Positions 10,192-20,742 of a stretch of DNA of 64,000 bases are shown here, piece after piece. How positions within the stretch are numbered: the stretch's first letter is position 1; each line of letters begins with the position of its first letter. The notes beneath the pieces were generated by a model. It saw only the letters and a program-made list of their open reading frames with translations. It did not search any database and had not been told where the DNA came from. Both the position numbers and the translations under genes were made by a program. This DNA comes from Naegleria gruberi (lineage: Eukaryota): assembly GCA_000004985.1 (NCBI GenBank), contig GG738851.1. One strand, 5' to 3'.

Positions 10192-10865
10192 TTTTTGTTT
10201 GATGATTTTAAAAATATTTTAATTTTATTAAATTTTGCTTTTCTCTTCTTCCGTGGTGGTACAAGGTGTTGTAGTTAAACATATTTGATATATCATTGAA
10301 TTTCTTATTGGAATGAATGGTCAGTTTATTGGAATGAATTGTATTCCAATTATGTTTTGTTAAAATTTTAAATAATTGTAGAGTTATTCTATTTGATTGT
10401 AGTTATACTATATGATAATTTTAAGAATTAATTTTCTTCTGTTATCTTTCTCTTGTACATTTACGAGAATAGAGTGATTAGCCATTGATGATTGATTCTA
10501 ATTCCATTATTATTTAATTATTAGAATATGCTCCACCTCCGAGATGGTATTCCAAAAAATCAAAAAGATATGAATATCTGCTTTATTCATCCAATACATT
10601 TAATCTTTCCATAGATCATCTATTCCAACAAATATTACATTAATTTCATCCAATCCAGTCTGTATGCTGTTCCTCATCATTTTAATACCATCGATTTTTT
10701 TTACTCATTTCTTGCTTGCCAAACTTCCATTGTAAAAATACTGTCAACCCTAAGTTTTATAAAAATTTGTTGAAAAAAAAATAATCAAAGGTAATGTCGT
10801 CAATATCATCATCATTTTTTACTAACTAATTTCCTCTAAATTATTTTCTTGTTGCAACACAGACA

Positions 10866-11288
10866 ATGGTCAGAAACGCTGCTACACCAGTTGTTGGTAA
10901 GAAGGTTAAGGGAGTCAAGAAGACTAGACAAATTACCTACAAGTTCCACGTTGATGCTCACATCCCAGTTCAAGATGGTATCCTTGATTTGGATCACTTC
11001 GAACAATACATTAGAGATAAGTTCAAGGTTGACGGAAAGGCTGGTAACTTGAAGGATAAGGTCAGATTCCACAAGAAGTTGAACAGACTCTATGTTTTCA
11101 CTGAAGTTAAGACATCCAAGAGATATTTGAAGTATCTTACCAAGAAGTACCTCAAGAAGCACAGTTTGAGAGATTGGTTGCACGTTGTCTCCAAGCAAAA
11201 CCAAAGAGCTTATGAATTGAGATACTACAATATTGCCGGTGATCAAGAAGAAGCTGCTGAACAAGAAGAAGAAGAAACCAAGCAATAA
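10866..11288 (+). CDS. RPL22: 60S ribosomal protein L22e
   Basis: 140-aa ORF with ATG at 10866. KFHVDAHIPVQDGILDLDHFEQYIRDKFKVDGKAGNL...SKRYLKYLTKKYLKKHSLRDWLHVVSKQNQRAYELRYYNI is highly conserved eL22, followed by an acidic tail. The antisense ORF 10836..11324 is an artefact. Confidence 0.9.
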   Translation: MVRNAATPVVGKKVKGVKKTRQITYKFHVDAHIPVQDGILDLDHFEQYIRDKFKVDGKAGNLKDKVRFHKKLNRLYVFTEVKTSKRYLKYLTKKYLKKHSLRDWLHVVSKQNQRAYELRYYNIAGDQEEAAEQEEEETKQ

Positions 11289-11920
11289 ATTTATCAAAAA
11301 ACCATTTAAAATTATTAAATTCAATTCTCTATTATTTTTTGCAGTATTAAGTTGGTAAGATAATCAATGAATTTCCGAAGTTGTTCACTTTTCCACCATC
11401 CACTTGAATCCTTTCAAGTTGGTTGATAAAAAGAAAATAATATTAAGATAAAGATTTTTGAGAGTCATGAAGCCTGCAGCGTGTATTGAAAGGAGCTGGA
11501 GGAGAACAAACAATCTAGGCTATATGAGGTAGTTCGAGCAGGTCAAAGGTCGAAATCAATGACCCGCAGATACGTACCCAATGGTAGTAATCATTTTCAC
11601 CAATTATCAACCTTTCCTTCACACTTTTCATTTTATCGAGAACAACATTTTGGTTTATTAATTTGTTTATTTCTAAAAAATTAATCACCCAAATATTTCA
11701 AATTATCTTTGAACAATTAATGTAGCATTGTTTTATTAGCAAAATTTGTGGTCCTAGTAGCATCTTAGCTGAAAAAACTCCTCAATGATAAAAACATGAT
11801 GATTCTCTCTAAAAATTAACACCCAAACAAATGAAAGTACTCTTTTCCAAACTCTCAAAACTTGAAATCAAGCCCATCATCTTTTGTCAGGTATTCTCAC
11901 ACTCACTTGATATATCTGTT

Positions 11921-12691
11921 TATCTATCTCAATCTATCAACAAGTGTTTCAAAAATCAAATCCAAATTTAATCCCTGTTTGGCACTCGTCTCAAAATATT
12001 GCATATCATTGTCCATTGCAAATTCACGAGCAATCTTTTCTGAAATGACTCTCTTATCGGTGAGATCTACCTTATTTCCAACTAGAATGGAAACAACATT
12101 GGGTGCTGAGAACTTTTTCACTTCTCTATGAATTTCACATGTATTGAATTAATTGAATTTCATTTGAATTTTACACAAATTATTCATCAATATTTGAATA
12201 ATTTAACAGAATTGCAAATTATTTAATGACATTGAGGTTAATTTATCCAATTAAAATAGTAAATCTTACTTACTTGATCCATTTTTGAACATTTGCCAAT
12301 GCCCTATCATCAGTCAAATCAAAAACCACAATTACAGCAGGTATTCCTCTATAATATGAATTTGTAATCTGTTATTAAAATCAATTTTTCCAAATAAAAT
12401 TGCAAAATTCCAAAAATCCCCAAATTTTCATTCCACTTACAGTTCTATATCTTTCCTATTTGTAATTTCAATGAATTTATAATAAATAAATGGGGTTTAA
12501 AAAATACAAACCTGTCCAGCAGTATCCCATATTTGTATTGCTATTGTTTTATCTCCTTTTTTCAAATACTTTAGTTTAAAATCGACTCCGATAGTAGAAA
12601 CTAATCCTTCATCAAATTTTCCTTCTGTATATTTCAAAACAAGTGAACTTTTACCACAATTCGAATCTCCAATGACCAACATTTTGACCAT
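11921..12691 (-). CDS. Rab-family small GTPase, 4 exons including a 15-nt micro-exon
   Basis: Exon 1 (12512..12691) encodes MVKMLVIGDSNCGKSSLV...TIGVDFKL...IWDTAGQ and ends at a GTTTGT donor. The micro-exon (12441..12455) encodes ERYRT and is flanked by an AAATAG acceptor and GTAAGT donor. Exon 3 (12274..12368) encodes ITNSYYRGIPAVIVVFDLTDDRALANVQKWI. Exon 4 (12125..~11924, stop 11921-11923) encodes KEVKKFSAPNVVSILVGNKVDL...ETSAKQG... It carries the Rab motifs IGVDF, WDTAGQE, YYRG, NKxD and SAK. I found no C-terminal Cys prenylation motif, so a further 3' exon or a Rab-like non-prenylated form is possible. Confidence 0.8.
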
Positions 12692-13206
12692 TTCATCACT
12701 GAAATTTGTTAGAAAGCATGAAAACTAAGTCGAAACTTACTATTTTTGTTTCTCGTTGTTGTTCGAATCAAGTGTGATGATAGTATTATTGTGCACCGGA
12801 TTAGATAGAATTAAATCATTACTGGCCGAATAATTATTCGGACGAGAAACTTCACTGTTCGAAGAAGGGACATTAGTTTGGTTTCTTCCATGATGATTGC
12901 AATTTCCCATTATTTCCACTTTCTTTAAGATAATTGTGATGATAACTTGTAAAACAGAGAATAGTTTGTGTCCTGTGTATGTGTGGTTTCGAAAAGAACA
13001 ATTCGAACTAGTGTATTTTTTTTATGCGAAACGAAATGTGACAAATAAACTAAACTGGCTAATTAACTTTGATATCCACTAAAGTGAATACAATTCTCTA
13101 TTGCAATCCATCATTTCAGTTCTACAAAACCTTTTCTAAATTCATTAAAGTTCGTCAGCTTTACAATTTTATTTACATTTAATACTTTAACTATTTACAA
13201 AAAATT

Positions 13207-13857
13207 TTACAAGGCAAGTGCCAAAATTAATGCAATCACACCAATAATTACCAAACCAGTTACCACTACAGCTGCAGAAATGTAAATCCATCTCTTTGCC
13301 ATGGCCCATTTGAGCTTTCTTCCTCCACGTTGGAAAATTTCTGCTTGTTCTCTCAGCGAATCAGTTTCAACAATTAATTCGTGCATCTTTTTCTGATTAT
13401 CCAAAATTTTATCAATGTTGATAATCATGACATTCTTGACTTCATCTACTGCATTTTGTAATTTGGAGATCTTGTCATTGTTTGTATCGTTGTGGAATTG
13501 CATGAGCTTGGTCAAGTTGACTTGTTTCTTGTGTTGATGATATTCTGTGGACATGGATTCAATCATATTCCAACAGATACGTTGCTTGCCATCTTGTGTA
13601 CTAATGACAACATAGAATAAATCACCAAGAGATGATCTTTCTCTCTTGATGAAGAAATTGAACATTTCATGAGTGAGAATGAGCTTGTCATAATTTGACA
13701 TATTTTCCTTATTGACCATTTTTGGAATGACTTTTTGTTCAATGACCATTCTCAAAGTCTTTTGGCAAGATGTTTCAGCAATGACTGAAATATTGACGGA
13801 ATTATCCATTGTACTCTTGATAATTCCTTCAGCAATCAATGCATAAGTAATTGACAT
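13207..13857 (-). CDS. Longin-domain R-SNARE-type protein (VAMP7/Sec22-like) with C-terminal TM anchor
   Basis: 216 aa with ATG at 13855-13857. An N-terminal longin-like region is followed by the SNARE motif LQNAVDEVKNVMIINIDKILDNQKKMHELIVETDSLREQAEIFQRGGRKLKWAMAKRW. This aligns with VAMP7 [35 protein letters not shown]...ARAM. The C-terminus has a TM helix (IYISAAVVVTGLVIIGVIALILALAL). Confidence 0.75.
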   Translation of the reverse strand: MSITYALIAEGIIKSTMDNSVNISVIAETSCQKTLRMVIEQKVIPKMVNKENMSNYDKLILTHEMFNFFIKRERSSLGDLFYVVISTQDGKQRICWNMIESMSTEYHQHKKQVNLTKLMQFHNDTNNDKISKLQNAVDEVKNVMIINIDKILDNQKKMHELIVETDSLREQAEIFQRGGRKLKWAMAKRWIYISAAVVVTGLVIIGVIALILALAL

Positions 13858-14576
13858 TTTTCGATATTTATTTGATAGAAAAGAAACTAAAAAAACGTTA
13901 TATTCGATTAGTAGACAATCTCTAGTTTGAATTTATGTTGTTTTTTTCATTGTTTCCATTCAACTTTGCTCTTAAATAATTAAATTCTTTACTAGTATTG
14001 ACAAGAATTTTTTATTTTTAGCTGCACGGTTCAATGTTAAACGTTTTTCCTTTTTACTGAAATGTTGAATGGATTCTAGAAGGCAACGGTCAAGTGATGA
14101 CGAAAGCAATTATCATCGTACCTCCAACGTTAATTTGTTAATTCTGAAAAACTGTTCTTGCAATGTTCTATTTACAAGATTTTCAATGATTTTCTGAAAG
14201 TGTTGTTGATCCGAATGTGATTTAGAATGCAGTAATTGACAAGTTATTTGAAAACATGGTTAGATAATTGATCTTTCAGGTTCCTTTTCAATTTGAATGT
14301 GTGTTTCTAAAAGGTGTGAGTGGGCCCCAGCGTTTTACTTTTATTAGAAACCAAATAAGATTCAAAAACTATTGACGTAATTTACCTTTTTATTTAAATT
14401 GGACAAGAACATGGAAATTCTAACTCCTTTTGAATAATAGAAGATCTATAGGAATAGAATTTCCTCAAACCTAAATTAACCTTTTTTGGAAATTGGTCCT
14501 ATTGAGATATTTGATCAACTCACTTTTATTGGCCCTTGCATTGCTTTTCATCAAACCAAACAAGAAAAAAAGAATA

Positions 14577-15845
14577 ATGCGATCCAGAGTTAAATTTTGC
14601 CTATCATTGTTTGTTATTTTGATGTTTTTGTTTGTTGTCTATTGTCAAGTAGACGAAAGTCCAACACCAGAGTTTTCATTAGAAACACCAACACCTGAAG
14701 AATCCTCAGCTCCTGAGCAACCTACTCCAGAACAATCAGTTAGTCAACCAACACCTGAAGAGTCAAGTCCAAATGAGCAGCCTACACCTGAAGTATCAGA
14801 TACACCAATTCCAGAAGAATCTACTAGTCAACCAACACCTGAAACCTCAAGTGAACAACCTGAGCCTGAAGCTTCTACTGAGCAACCAACACCTGAATCA
14901 TCAACAGAAACTCCAATTCCAGAAGAATCTTCAAGTCAACCAACACCTGAAACTTCAAGTGAGCAACCAACACCAGAAGAATCAACTAGTCAACCAACAC
15001 CAGAAGTATCTGAAACTCCATTTCCAGAAGAATCTACTAGTCAACCTACTCCTGAGACATCTAGTGAACAGCCAACACCTGAATCATCAACTGAACAACC
15101 AACACCAGAAACATCTGATGTGCCAACACCTGAAACATCAAGTGAACAACCTGTTCCAGAAGAATCTACTAGTCAACCAACACCTGAAACTTCAAGTGAA
15201 CAACCAACACCAGAAGTGTCAGATCCACCAGTTCCAGAAGATTCTAATAGTCAACCAACACCTGAAACATCTGTAGATCAACCAACTCCAGAAGTATCTG
15301 AAACTCCAATTCCAGAGGAATCAATTTCACCTGAAACATCTGAAACTCCACAACCAGAAAGCTCAACTGAAACACCAACACCTGAAGAATCAATTGCTCC
15401 TGAACCTTCTGAACCAACAACTCCAGAAACATCAAGTGAACAACCAACTCCAGAGGAATCTTCCACCACTCAACCAGAAACATCTTCAACAACTAGTCCA
15501 GAAACTTCTCAAGAAACCACTCAACCAGAATCATCCACTGCATCAGAAAATCCAACCACTCCAGAATCATCAAGTCAATCCACTGATTCCACTGACTCAA
15601 CTGATGATACAAGCTCACAAACAGAAGATTTTGAAAATACCCTCTTCTCAGCAGAAGAAGATGAAGACGATTCAATTATCGGAGCTCAAGTATTAAGCAA
15701 TGCACCAAGTTTCAAGATTAGAGTTAAGAATCAAGCAAGATGTAAACGTTCCTTGCAGGGATGTGTTGCCTTGATGAAGAATTGTAAGCAAGAACCTAAA
15801 TTCTTCTTGGATGGAAATGGATGTATTCTATGTGAATGTCATTGA
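14577..15845 (+). CDS. Secreted Pro/Thr/Glu/Ser-rich (mucin-like) repeat protein with C-terminal 6-Cys domain
   Basis: The true ATG is at 14577 (MRSRVKFCLSLFVILMFLFVVYCQVDE, a signal peptide); the 14493 start in the ORF table is a TTG. About 30 tandem copies of PTPE(E/T)S(T/S)SQ / PTPETSSEQ-like nonamers follow. The C-terminus is CKRSLQGCVALMKNCKQEPKFFLDGNGCILCEC. Confidence 0.7.
   Translation: MRSRVKFCLSLFVILMFLFVVYCQVDESPTPEFSLETPTPEESSAPEQPTPEQSVSQPTPEESSPNEQPTPEVSDTPIPEESTSQPTPETSSEQPEPEASTEQPTPESSTETPIPEESSSQPTPETSSEQPTPEESTSQPTPEVSETPFPEESTSQPTPETSSEQPTPESSTEQPTPETSDVPTPETSSEQPVPEESTSQPTPETSSEQPTPEVSDPPVPEDSNSQPTPETSVDQPTPEVSETPIPEESISPETSETPQPESSTETPTPEESIAPEPSEPTTPETSSEQPTPEESSTTQPETSSTTSPETSQETTQPESSTASENPTTPESSSQSTDSTDSTDDTSSQTEDFENTLFSAEEDEDDSIIGAQVLSNAPSFKIRVKNQARCKRSLQGCVALMKNCKQEPKFFLDGNGCILCECH
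14690..15560 (+). repeat. Coding tandem repeat array (27-nt / 9-aa PTPExSxxQ units, higher-order ~105 nt)
   Basis: Repeated DNA of the form ccaacacctgaaacttcaagtgaacaa / ccaacaccagaagaatctactagtcaa. Several spurious overlapping ORFs on both strands (14773..15276, 15244..15492, 15394..15696) arise from this low-complexity region. Confidence 0.8.
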
Positions 15846-16093
15846 TAGGAGATTTAATATTATTATTTATTATTATTATTATCTATTTGTAAACATATAT
15901 ATTTAAATAAATTGTGAGAGTTAAAGAATTAAAAATAATTTTACATATTCTTAATTTACATCTAAAGTAGCATGATCCGATTATTAAATAATTAAATATT
16001 TAATATTTAATATTGAATTTAATTTAGTGTGATGAGAAACATTTTTAGGCTTTGGGAATTAAAATCTAAAAAAAAATATTATACAACAAGACA

Positions 16094-17050
16094 ATGAAAT
16101 TCTTCCCATTCCATTCTTCTTCTACTGGTGATGTATCATCGGATGTTGAGATCAAACAATTGTTACAACAAGCTGAGTTTTGTATGATCTCCGTACCTAG
16201 TATCGGAAATGTTGGACAATTGGCTATGGATTTTATGATTTCAACTTTTTATAATTCGAAATGTGCTCATATTAGTAAATTGGGATATTTAGAGACAGGA
16301 TTCTTGTTGCATTGTGTTGGTAATGATCCATATGTTCATCATAGAGATAATCATGTTGGAGAGGTGCACTCTGCTCTTGAAGTTTACTCTTTGCAATTCC
16401 ACACTCCTGGAAAACCAGAAGAAAAAGTTGGATCAAATATTGTTTTGATTCACTGTCGTTCTATTATAATTTATCCAACACTTTTTGTCAGAGATCTTAA
16501 TGAGTGGTTAGCTCAAGGAAATGATGATTACTTTTTGAAGAGTTTGCAAAATCTCATTATTTTGAGCTCTGCTAATGCAGGATTGCAAGATGATAGCTTT
16601 ATTCAATTTTTACAAGAAAAGCCACTTGAATTTGGTTTGGCAACTCTCTCATGTGATGTAAATGTAGTAGATGAAACAACCTTCCCACATGATCAATATC
16701 TTTCAAATATTCCAAAACTCGACAGACAAAAGTATCCACTATTTGTTTCAGGTGTAAATGCTAAATTAATGGAAAATCAAGAAACTTTTGGAAAGAATGG
16801 TGAAAGTAATGGACAAGTTAGAAAGTTGAACAGAGCTATTGTCTTTATGATTTGTAATGAAGGAGAAAACTCAATTCATGGTACTGCATTATGTAGAGTT
16901 GTGACTGGAGAAATTATTTTACCATTTATCAAGAACAATAATAAGGGAACACTTCCATTTGAAACATTGGACTCTATTGAATGGAAGATTCCACACAGTT
17001 GGAGACATTTCTATGGTAATCCAATTTCTGATTTAAATTTGTACAATTAA
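16094..17050 (+). CDS. PSMG2: Proteasome assembly chaperone 2 (PAC2/PSMG2)
   Basis: 318 aa with ATG at 16094. ISVPSIGNVGQLAMDFMISTF...GNDPY matches PSMG2 AVSVGNVGQLAMDLIISTL...GNNPY. The C-terminal WKIPHSWRHFYGN matches WKIPSSWRLLFG. Confidence 0.8.
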   Translation: MKFFPFHSSSTGDVSSDVEIKQLLQQAEFCMISVPSIGNVGQLAMDFMISTFYNSKCAHISKLGYLETGFLLHCVGNDPYVHHRDNHVGEVHSALEVYSLQFHTPGKPEEKVGSNIVLIHCRSIIIYPTLFVRDLNEWLAQGNDDYFLKSLQNLIILSSANAGLQDDSFIQFLQEKPLEFGLATLSCDVNVVDETTFPHDQYLSNIPKLDRQKYPLFVSGVNAKLMENQETFGKNGESNGQVRKLNRAIVFMICNEGENSIHGTALCRVVTGEIILPFIKNNNKGTLPFETLDSIEWKIPHSWRHFYGNPISDLNLYN

Positions 17051-17074
17051 TCCTATAAATAAGGTATTCCACAC

Positions 17075-20000
17075 TCAATTTATACTCAAATTCATCAAGA
17101 CAATTACAATTACTATCCAATTCAGATGCACTTTTTTAGAGCTATTAATCGTCAAGTTTCCCAAGTGTGAGGACTTAATTGGTGAAGGTATTGGCTTGTT
17201 GACAGGGTAACTGGAATGTGTTGGAGATGGCGTTGGCACATTGGTTGAGTTGTTGGCTGTGCTATTTGAAATTGGTTGAGGAGAAGATATTGGGTTTAGC
17301 TGTTCCACAATATTCCACTTGAATGGAATGGATATTAATTGTGAAATTCCATTCAATCCAACACCTTTCATTACCTTTTCCATTGGAATGCCCAATCTCA
17401 AAACTGAACAATTGGTTGTTGAATTGTGAACCAAGACAGGAAAGGTAATATTGTCAAATACCATATTTGCTTCTAATCCAGTGCAATTCACACTCGATAA
17501 TGGAATATCTTCCCTCAGCACTCTTCTAGTATCAATCTCAATACTCACATTACTATTTCCAGTTAAGGAAAGACTAAAGAATGAAGTGAGAAGTAGAGTT
17601 TGGGGCCATGTTGAATATCTCTCAACTATAACACTTGGTGTCGATTCAGAAACCACTGGTCCATCAACGTCTACATTTTCCACGTAAATTCTAACTCCAT
17701 TATCTGGTTCCCATCCATTTTCGTTTAGTTTCTTAATGAGAGGAATGTACTTTTTAAAGAGCTCTCTGTGTGGGTTATACAACAATGGATTATCCCAATA
17801 TCTTGAATTCATGGCATCTGCAGAGAAGAATGATGGATAAATGGCATAGAATGCACAATGTCTGAAATATGTTTCCACAAATTCCAAATTAATCATTGAG
17901 AATTTCACATTAAGGATAGTACTATATGGTTTCTTATAGGCCAAAGTTCGTATAAAACTCAACTTGGCTTCAGAATAAGGTGCATACTTAGCATTATTAT
18001 AATTAATCCAAACTACTTCTGTTCCCAAATTGTCAATCATGTTAAATCCGAAAAAGTATTCAGAAAGAACTCCATTACTCATTCCCAATCCACCATGTTC
18101 ATGCAAGAATTTGGTGATCATATCTACATAATCTATGGAAGAGAACCATTCAACCATTCCTACTCTAGAGTTGTAATATGTGAAGCACAGATGTGATTGA
18201 TTGAGGACTGACAAGTGATCTTGACTGAAATCCAATTCGTAGCCATTACTACCCCATGAATCAAAGAATTCTCCACTCAAATTATGAAACTTATGTTGAG
18301 GATTGAGGTAGATATTCCTTGCATCCTCATTCCATTCAGATTCTTCCTTACTCAGATAATTCAATGGAATTGGTGGCTTGGCTCTAATTCCTGGCTGTGA
18401 GTTTACAATGAAGACAGCACAAGGTTTTGTACACCACGGATAGTCAACATCCTGATAATTGTAAAACCCATTCTTGTTCTTAATTCCACTCACTAGCGCT
18501 GTCTGACACTGAACTCTATCGTATTCAATGAGTGCTGAATTATTTCCACAATCAATTGTTGCCTGAATTACTTGCGTGTAATTGGAAGGATCTGTTTGAG
18601 GTGAAAATCTTTGAAGATGAATATAAGCAGATGAAGATTCTGTCAAATATCTGAAGGTTCTAATATTGTGTTGCGCTCCAAATGGAATATCTCTATCTGA
18701 ATCTCCAATTTGATGAACACCAATTCCAAAATCTTCTATCTTTTCAATTTGTGTTAAATCACTGAAAGCTACCCATAATCCTTGTTGTGAATTTGGAATT
18801 CTTACTTTAAAGTAATCTGGGAATATCAAGGAGTAATCATCAATGGCTGATCTGAAAGGATAAGCCAATGGTTTTCCAAATGAATCCTCAGTTTTTGACA
18901 ATTTAAATAAACTCAACTGAACAGTTGCCTTATTAGGCGATAGAGTTTGAAGAGCACTTAACCCAATGTCAAATGCCACATATAATAATCTAGTGCCAGG
19001 ATTGAATGCCAATCTGAATATTCTTGGCTTGTCTGCTGGCACTCCAATTCCTATTCCAACATTTGAAGAGTTAACCATTCGAGTAGCCAAAGCTGCTAAA
19101 GGATACAAACCAATAAGACCATTATTGGATCCAAGATTTCCAAAGGTTGTCAAAGAGGAAAATTCAGAGCTTGTTTCTTTTACAGATCTTGACATTCTAA
19201 TAAAATCTCCCCATAACCAATTCATGGAAAAATCAGAGATTGGAATGCCAATATAAACAGTCAAAGCTCTTTCTGATTGTTGTGAATCAATATTCTCAAT
19301 AATACACTCAATATCAATGGAAAGATTTGTTGCCCTGTATGTGGTTTTTGTTGATAACATCAGTTCACTATTTCTTGAATTCACCTCAAGTGTTGACGAA
19401 TCTGAATTATTCAAAACTGAACCAGTCATTAAAATGAAAGAAGCATTATTTGATTGCTGACTATTGAAATCTTTCACAAACACTCCACCAACATAGAAAT
19501 CCGAAAGTGGTGACAATTCAGTCCCATTAATACTTGTTCCAATAATACTTCCATATTCAGAATCGAATGAAAGAGCCAATCCATTCCCACTCTCAATCTT
19601 TCTAATCCGTTTGCTTAAATCTATTGGTGGTAACGATTCTGGAACTCTTGCCACAGTGAAAGATTTATCAAATTTAGTAACCAAATTAGTCTTGAGCTCA
19701 CCAACAAAGATATCATCAAAATAGACAGTTCCAGTATGACCCCACCTAAATATACAATAAATAGTTAAGAATAGAATGGGTTTCTCTGGAAATATCACAC
19801 CATACTTATATTCCCAATCATGACTTCCAACAGAGAAGTGAACTTGCTGACCCCACAATGATTTCCAATCCGTATAGGTCACATCAATATAGAAACTGTA
19901 ACCATCATCCCCCACACCTGTAACATTCACTGCCTTAGACCAAGCAGAAAAGAACATGGCCTTTGGTTCTGTGTGAAATAAATTCATATACTGATAGGCA

Positions 20001-20347
20001 ACCATTCCTTCCATGGTTTCATTCTTGAACATTTTAAGGGCATATCCTTGAGTTTCATTCAACCGATCATTCAATACCCTCTCATAATCCCAATACTCTT
20101 GATGGTTCTCACTCATGGATCCCCAATTATCGGCATGACCAGTTGGAATACCTTGTTGGATGGATGGATTTTTCACAAGGTTCGGGCTGAGCCATCTCTG
20201 ATAGACATCCTCTGCCCGATTGAGGATTTGATAAGCTTGGACATGAGGAAAACAAATTATTTCATGATTATTTAATATTAATAGTGAAATAAGAGGAAGA
20301 ATGATGAAGATGATGAAATATTTAGGGAATGGAGAGGATTTGATCAT
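17075..20347 (-). CDS. Large (1090 aa) secreted/surface glycoprotein, unknown family; N-terminal jelly-roll/CBM-like region, C-terminal Pro/Ser/Thr stalk plus hydrophobic tail
   Basis: Single uninterrupted ORF with ATG at 20345-20347. It has a signal peptide (MIKSSPFPKYFIIFIILPLISLLILN), many N-x-S/T sites and the segment YSFYIDVTYTDWKSLWGQQVHFSVGSHDWEY...GTVYFDDIFVGEL, which resembles a carbohydrate-binding jelly roll. The C-terminus has SPQPISNSTANNSTNVPTPSPTHSS followed by the hydrophobic WIVIVIVLM. Confidence 0.65.
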   Translation of the reverse strand: MIKSSPFPKYFIIFIILPLISLLILNNHEIICFPHVQAYQILNRAEDVYQRWLSPNLVKNPSIQQGIPTGHADNWGSMSENHQEYWDYERVLNDRLNETQGYALKMFKNETMEGMVAYQYMNLFHTEPKAMFFSAWSKAVNVTGVGDDGYSFYIDVTYTDWKSLWGQQVHFSVGSHDWEYKYGVIFPEKPILFLTIYCIFRWGHTGTVYFDDIFVGELKTNLVTKFDKSFTVARVPESLPPIDLSKRIRKIESGNGLALSFDSEYGSIIGTSINGTELSPLSDFYVGGVFVKDFNSQQSNNASFILMTGSVLNNSDSSTLEVNSRNSELMLSTKTTYRATNLSIDIECIIENIDSQQSERALTVYIGIPISDFSMNWLWGDFIRMSRSVKETSSEFSSLTTFGNLGSNNGLIGLYPLAALATRMVNSSNVGIGIGVPADKPRIFRLAFNPGTRLLYVAFDIGLSALQTLSPNKATVQLSLFKLSKTEDSFGKPLAYPFRSAIDDYSLIFPDYFKVRIPNSQQGLWVAFSDLTQIEKIEDFGIGVHQIGDSDRDIPFGAQHNIRTFRYLTESSSAYIHLQRFSPQTDPSNYTQVIQATIDCGNNSALIEYDRVQCQTALVSGIKNKNGFYNYQDVDYPWCTKPCAVFIVNSQPGIRAKPPIPLNYLSKEESEWNEDARNIYLNPQHKFHNLSGEFFDSWGSNGYELDFSQDHLSVLNQSHLCFTYYNSRVGMVEWFSSIDYVDMITKFLHEHGGLGMSNGVLSEYFFGFNMIDNLGTEVVWINYNNAKYAPYSEAKLSFIRTLAYKKPYSTILNVKFSMINLEFVETYFRHCAFYAIYPSFFSADAMNSRYWDNPLLYNPHRELFKKYIPLIKKLNENGWEPDNGVRIYVENVDVDGPVVSESTPSVIVERYSTWPQTLLLTSFFSLSLTGNSNVSIEIDTRRVLREDIPLSSVNCTGLEANMVFDNITFPVLVHNSTTNCSVLRLGIPMEKVMKGVGLNGISQLISIPFKWNIVEQLNPISSPQPISNSTANNSTNVPTPSPTHSSYPVNKPIPSPIKSSHLGNLTINSSKKVHLNWIVIVIVLMNLSIN

Positions 20348-20532
20348 CGGAGGAAGAAGAATTGAAGTTGGAGAGGTGTCCTCTATAAATCTTTTTTTAC
20401 TGTTGTTTTTGAATTGTTATGATTGTTCAATTAAGGAAATTTACATTCCCGCCAAATATTAAATTCTCATTGTAAAGATCTTGAATCGAACAAAAAATTT
20501 GAGTTAAAGTGATATTTGTTGAAGAAAACAAA

Positions 20533-20651
20533 AGACTACAGCACCACAGGTTCCCAAGTTGTCTCCAACCTCAGTACTGATGTGGCTCGACGATGCTTAA
20601 CTTCTCAAATCGGACGGGATGAGGTGCATTCATCGTGATATGGCCGTAGCC
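20533..20651 (-). rRNA. 5S ribosomal RNA gene, copy 2
   Basis: Same ~119-nt 5S sequence as copy 1 (GGCTACGGCC variant), with an oligo-T terminator on the sense strand. The 16 bp immediately upstream of +1 (TTAAGAAAGTGAATGG) are shared with copy 3. Confidence 0.85.
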
Positions 20652-20742
20652 ATTCACTTTCTTAATCATTCACTCTTCAACTCTATCAGAAATCTAGTTA
20701 ACAATTTACAAAACACAAACTTTCTAATAATCTACTATTTAT

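Noticed and set aside
10290-10350. Short direct repeat ttattggaatgaat(g/t)gt x2 in the divergent promoter between NDUFA5 and RPL22
   Set aside because: There are only two imperfect copies in AT-rich spacer. That is insufficient to call a regulatory or mobile feature.
10836-11324. 162-aa antisense ORF over RPL22
   Set aside because: It is the opposite strand of a clearly conserved RPL22e coding sequence. The translation is hydrophobic and low-complexity with no homology features.
14773-15696. Four extra ORFs (both strands) within the PTPE repeat gene
   Set aside because: They are artefacts of the 27-nt tandem repeat being open in several frames. Only the frame with a signal peptide and C-terminal Cys domain is credible.
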